Positions 63,243-64,000 of a stretch of 64,000 nucleotides of DNA are shown piece after piece (within the stretch, counting starts at the first letter, position 1; the number at the start of each line of letters is the position of its first letter). The notes under the pieces are model-generated. The model saw only the letters and a list, made by a program, of their open reading frames with translations. It searched no databases and was not told where the DNA came from. The DNA is from Candidatus Poribacteria bacterium. Lineage in GTDB: Bacteria > Poribacteria > WGA-4E > WGA-3G. Location: NCBI GenBank assembly GCA_965205025.1, contig CBDBFU010000012.1, forward strand, positions 320,001 through 384,000. Reading direction: 5' to 3'. Position numbers and translations under genes: made by a program.

Positions 63243-64000
63243 ATGCACATTAAATCAGTTTCGTTTATCACTGTCAGTCTGTCCGTATTATTTATACTTG
63301 TGATCATGGGTTTGTTTTTTTATTCTGCCAAAAATGAACCGCTAAACATAGAGATCTCTGAACGAGAAGAGAAGGAAACAATGGATGAGAATGTAGCGTT
63401 ATCTGGAGAGACAACAATACCAGCAGAAGTTTCCTCACGTATCAACTCATATCGTGAGAAAATAGGATTACCAGAGAATTATTATGAATTATTTGATAAT
63501 AGCGATTTAACCTCGCTACAAGATTTAAAGAAGTTACAAGAGATGCTTGATAAGCATATTGAAAAACTAAAAGCACACGGTATGTACCATCCGCTGCGAG
63601 AACCCGACCCTACCGTTGAAAAAGCGAAGCAAACTATTGCCGAAGTAGATGCTTTTCTTGTTAAAAGTAACCGTGAAATTGAAGAACAGAAAAAGATCGT
63701 ATTCGAAATGAGTGAGAGTATTGATCGCTTTACAAAAAAGACTCGCGAAAGATCCAGGCGTGTCAAGGCTTGGTTGGATCAGATCGAGAACACAAAATCT
63801 ACAAAAACGTCTCCATCTGACACAAAACGGACACCCATAAACACAAGTGCGTGGCAAAACGATCTGGATACCTATATGACGATGCTGGATGATGATATCC
63901 TGAAAAAGTATCCGATGGCAACATTCGTTCAATCTCTATCGAAAAAAGAAATTGATACCCATTTTGATACTGATTCAAAGTCGTTCTTACAAAGCCAACA
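63243..64000 (+). CDS. Hypothetical protein with N-terminal TM/signal segment (runs off the window end)
   Basis: AGGAGG RBS then MHIKSVSFITVSLSVLFILVIMGLFF...; frame is open to 64000. Confidence 0.75.
   Translation, partial: MHIKSVSFITVSLSVLFILVIMGLFFYSAKNEPLNIEISEREEKETMDENVALSGETTIPAEVSSRINSYREKIGLPENYYELFDNSDLTSLQDLKKLQEMLDKHIEKLKAHGMYHPLREPDPTVEKAKQTIAEVDAFLVKSNREIEEQKKIVFEMSESIDRFTKKTRERSRRVKAWLDQIENTKSTKTSPSDTKRTPINTSAWQNDLDTYMTMLDDDILKKYPMATFVQSLSKKEIDTHFDTDSKSFLQSQ

Noticed and set aside
63482-63932. Minus-strand ORFs of 94 and 121 aa, and other short ORFs overlapping called genes
   Set aside because: Shadows of longer, better-supported genes on the opposite strand or in another frame.

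Overview
A gene-dense, AT-rich bacterial chromosome segment from a diderm organism (BamA/TamA-type, LolA-like, TolB-like and porin genes). The PhyH expansion, DUF6785-type membrane protein, ARC ATPase and GTAG-type REPs suggest Ca. Poribacteria; this assignment is inference only. Housekeeping genes: hisF, murJ, thiD, trpF, tsaC, tsaD, metH, lolA-pgsA-thpR-recA and arc. Accessory content: (i) a tandem array of four PhyH-family 2-oxoglutarate/Fe(II) dioxygenases plus a fifth eroded copy, convergent on a large Rieske protein; (ii) a tandem array of five VOC/glyoxalase genes; (iii) a stand-alone corrinoid protein + RACE activator + homocysteine methyltransferase module near a BCCT transporter/porin pair and a full-length metH; (iv) two IS982-family copies, one splitting a CPBP protease gene with a 7-bp target duplication; (v) a nested mosaic of non-coding MITE/REP elements at 6.9-7.8 kb and 14.5-18.2 kb. 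Nine frameshifts in six genes are all single-base insertions, which points to sequencing error rather than true pseudogenes. No rRNA, tRNA or CRISPR array was seen.
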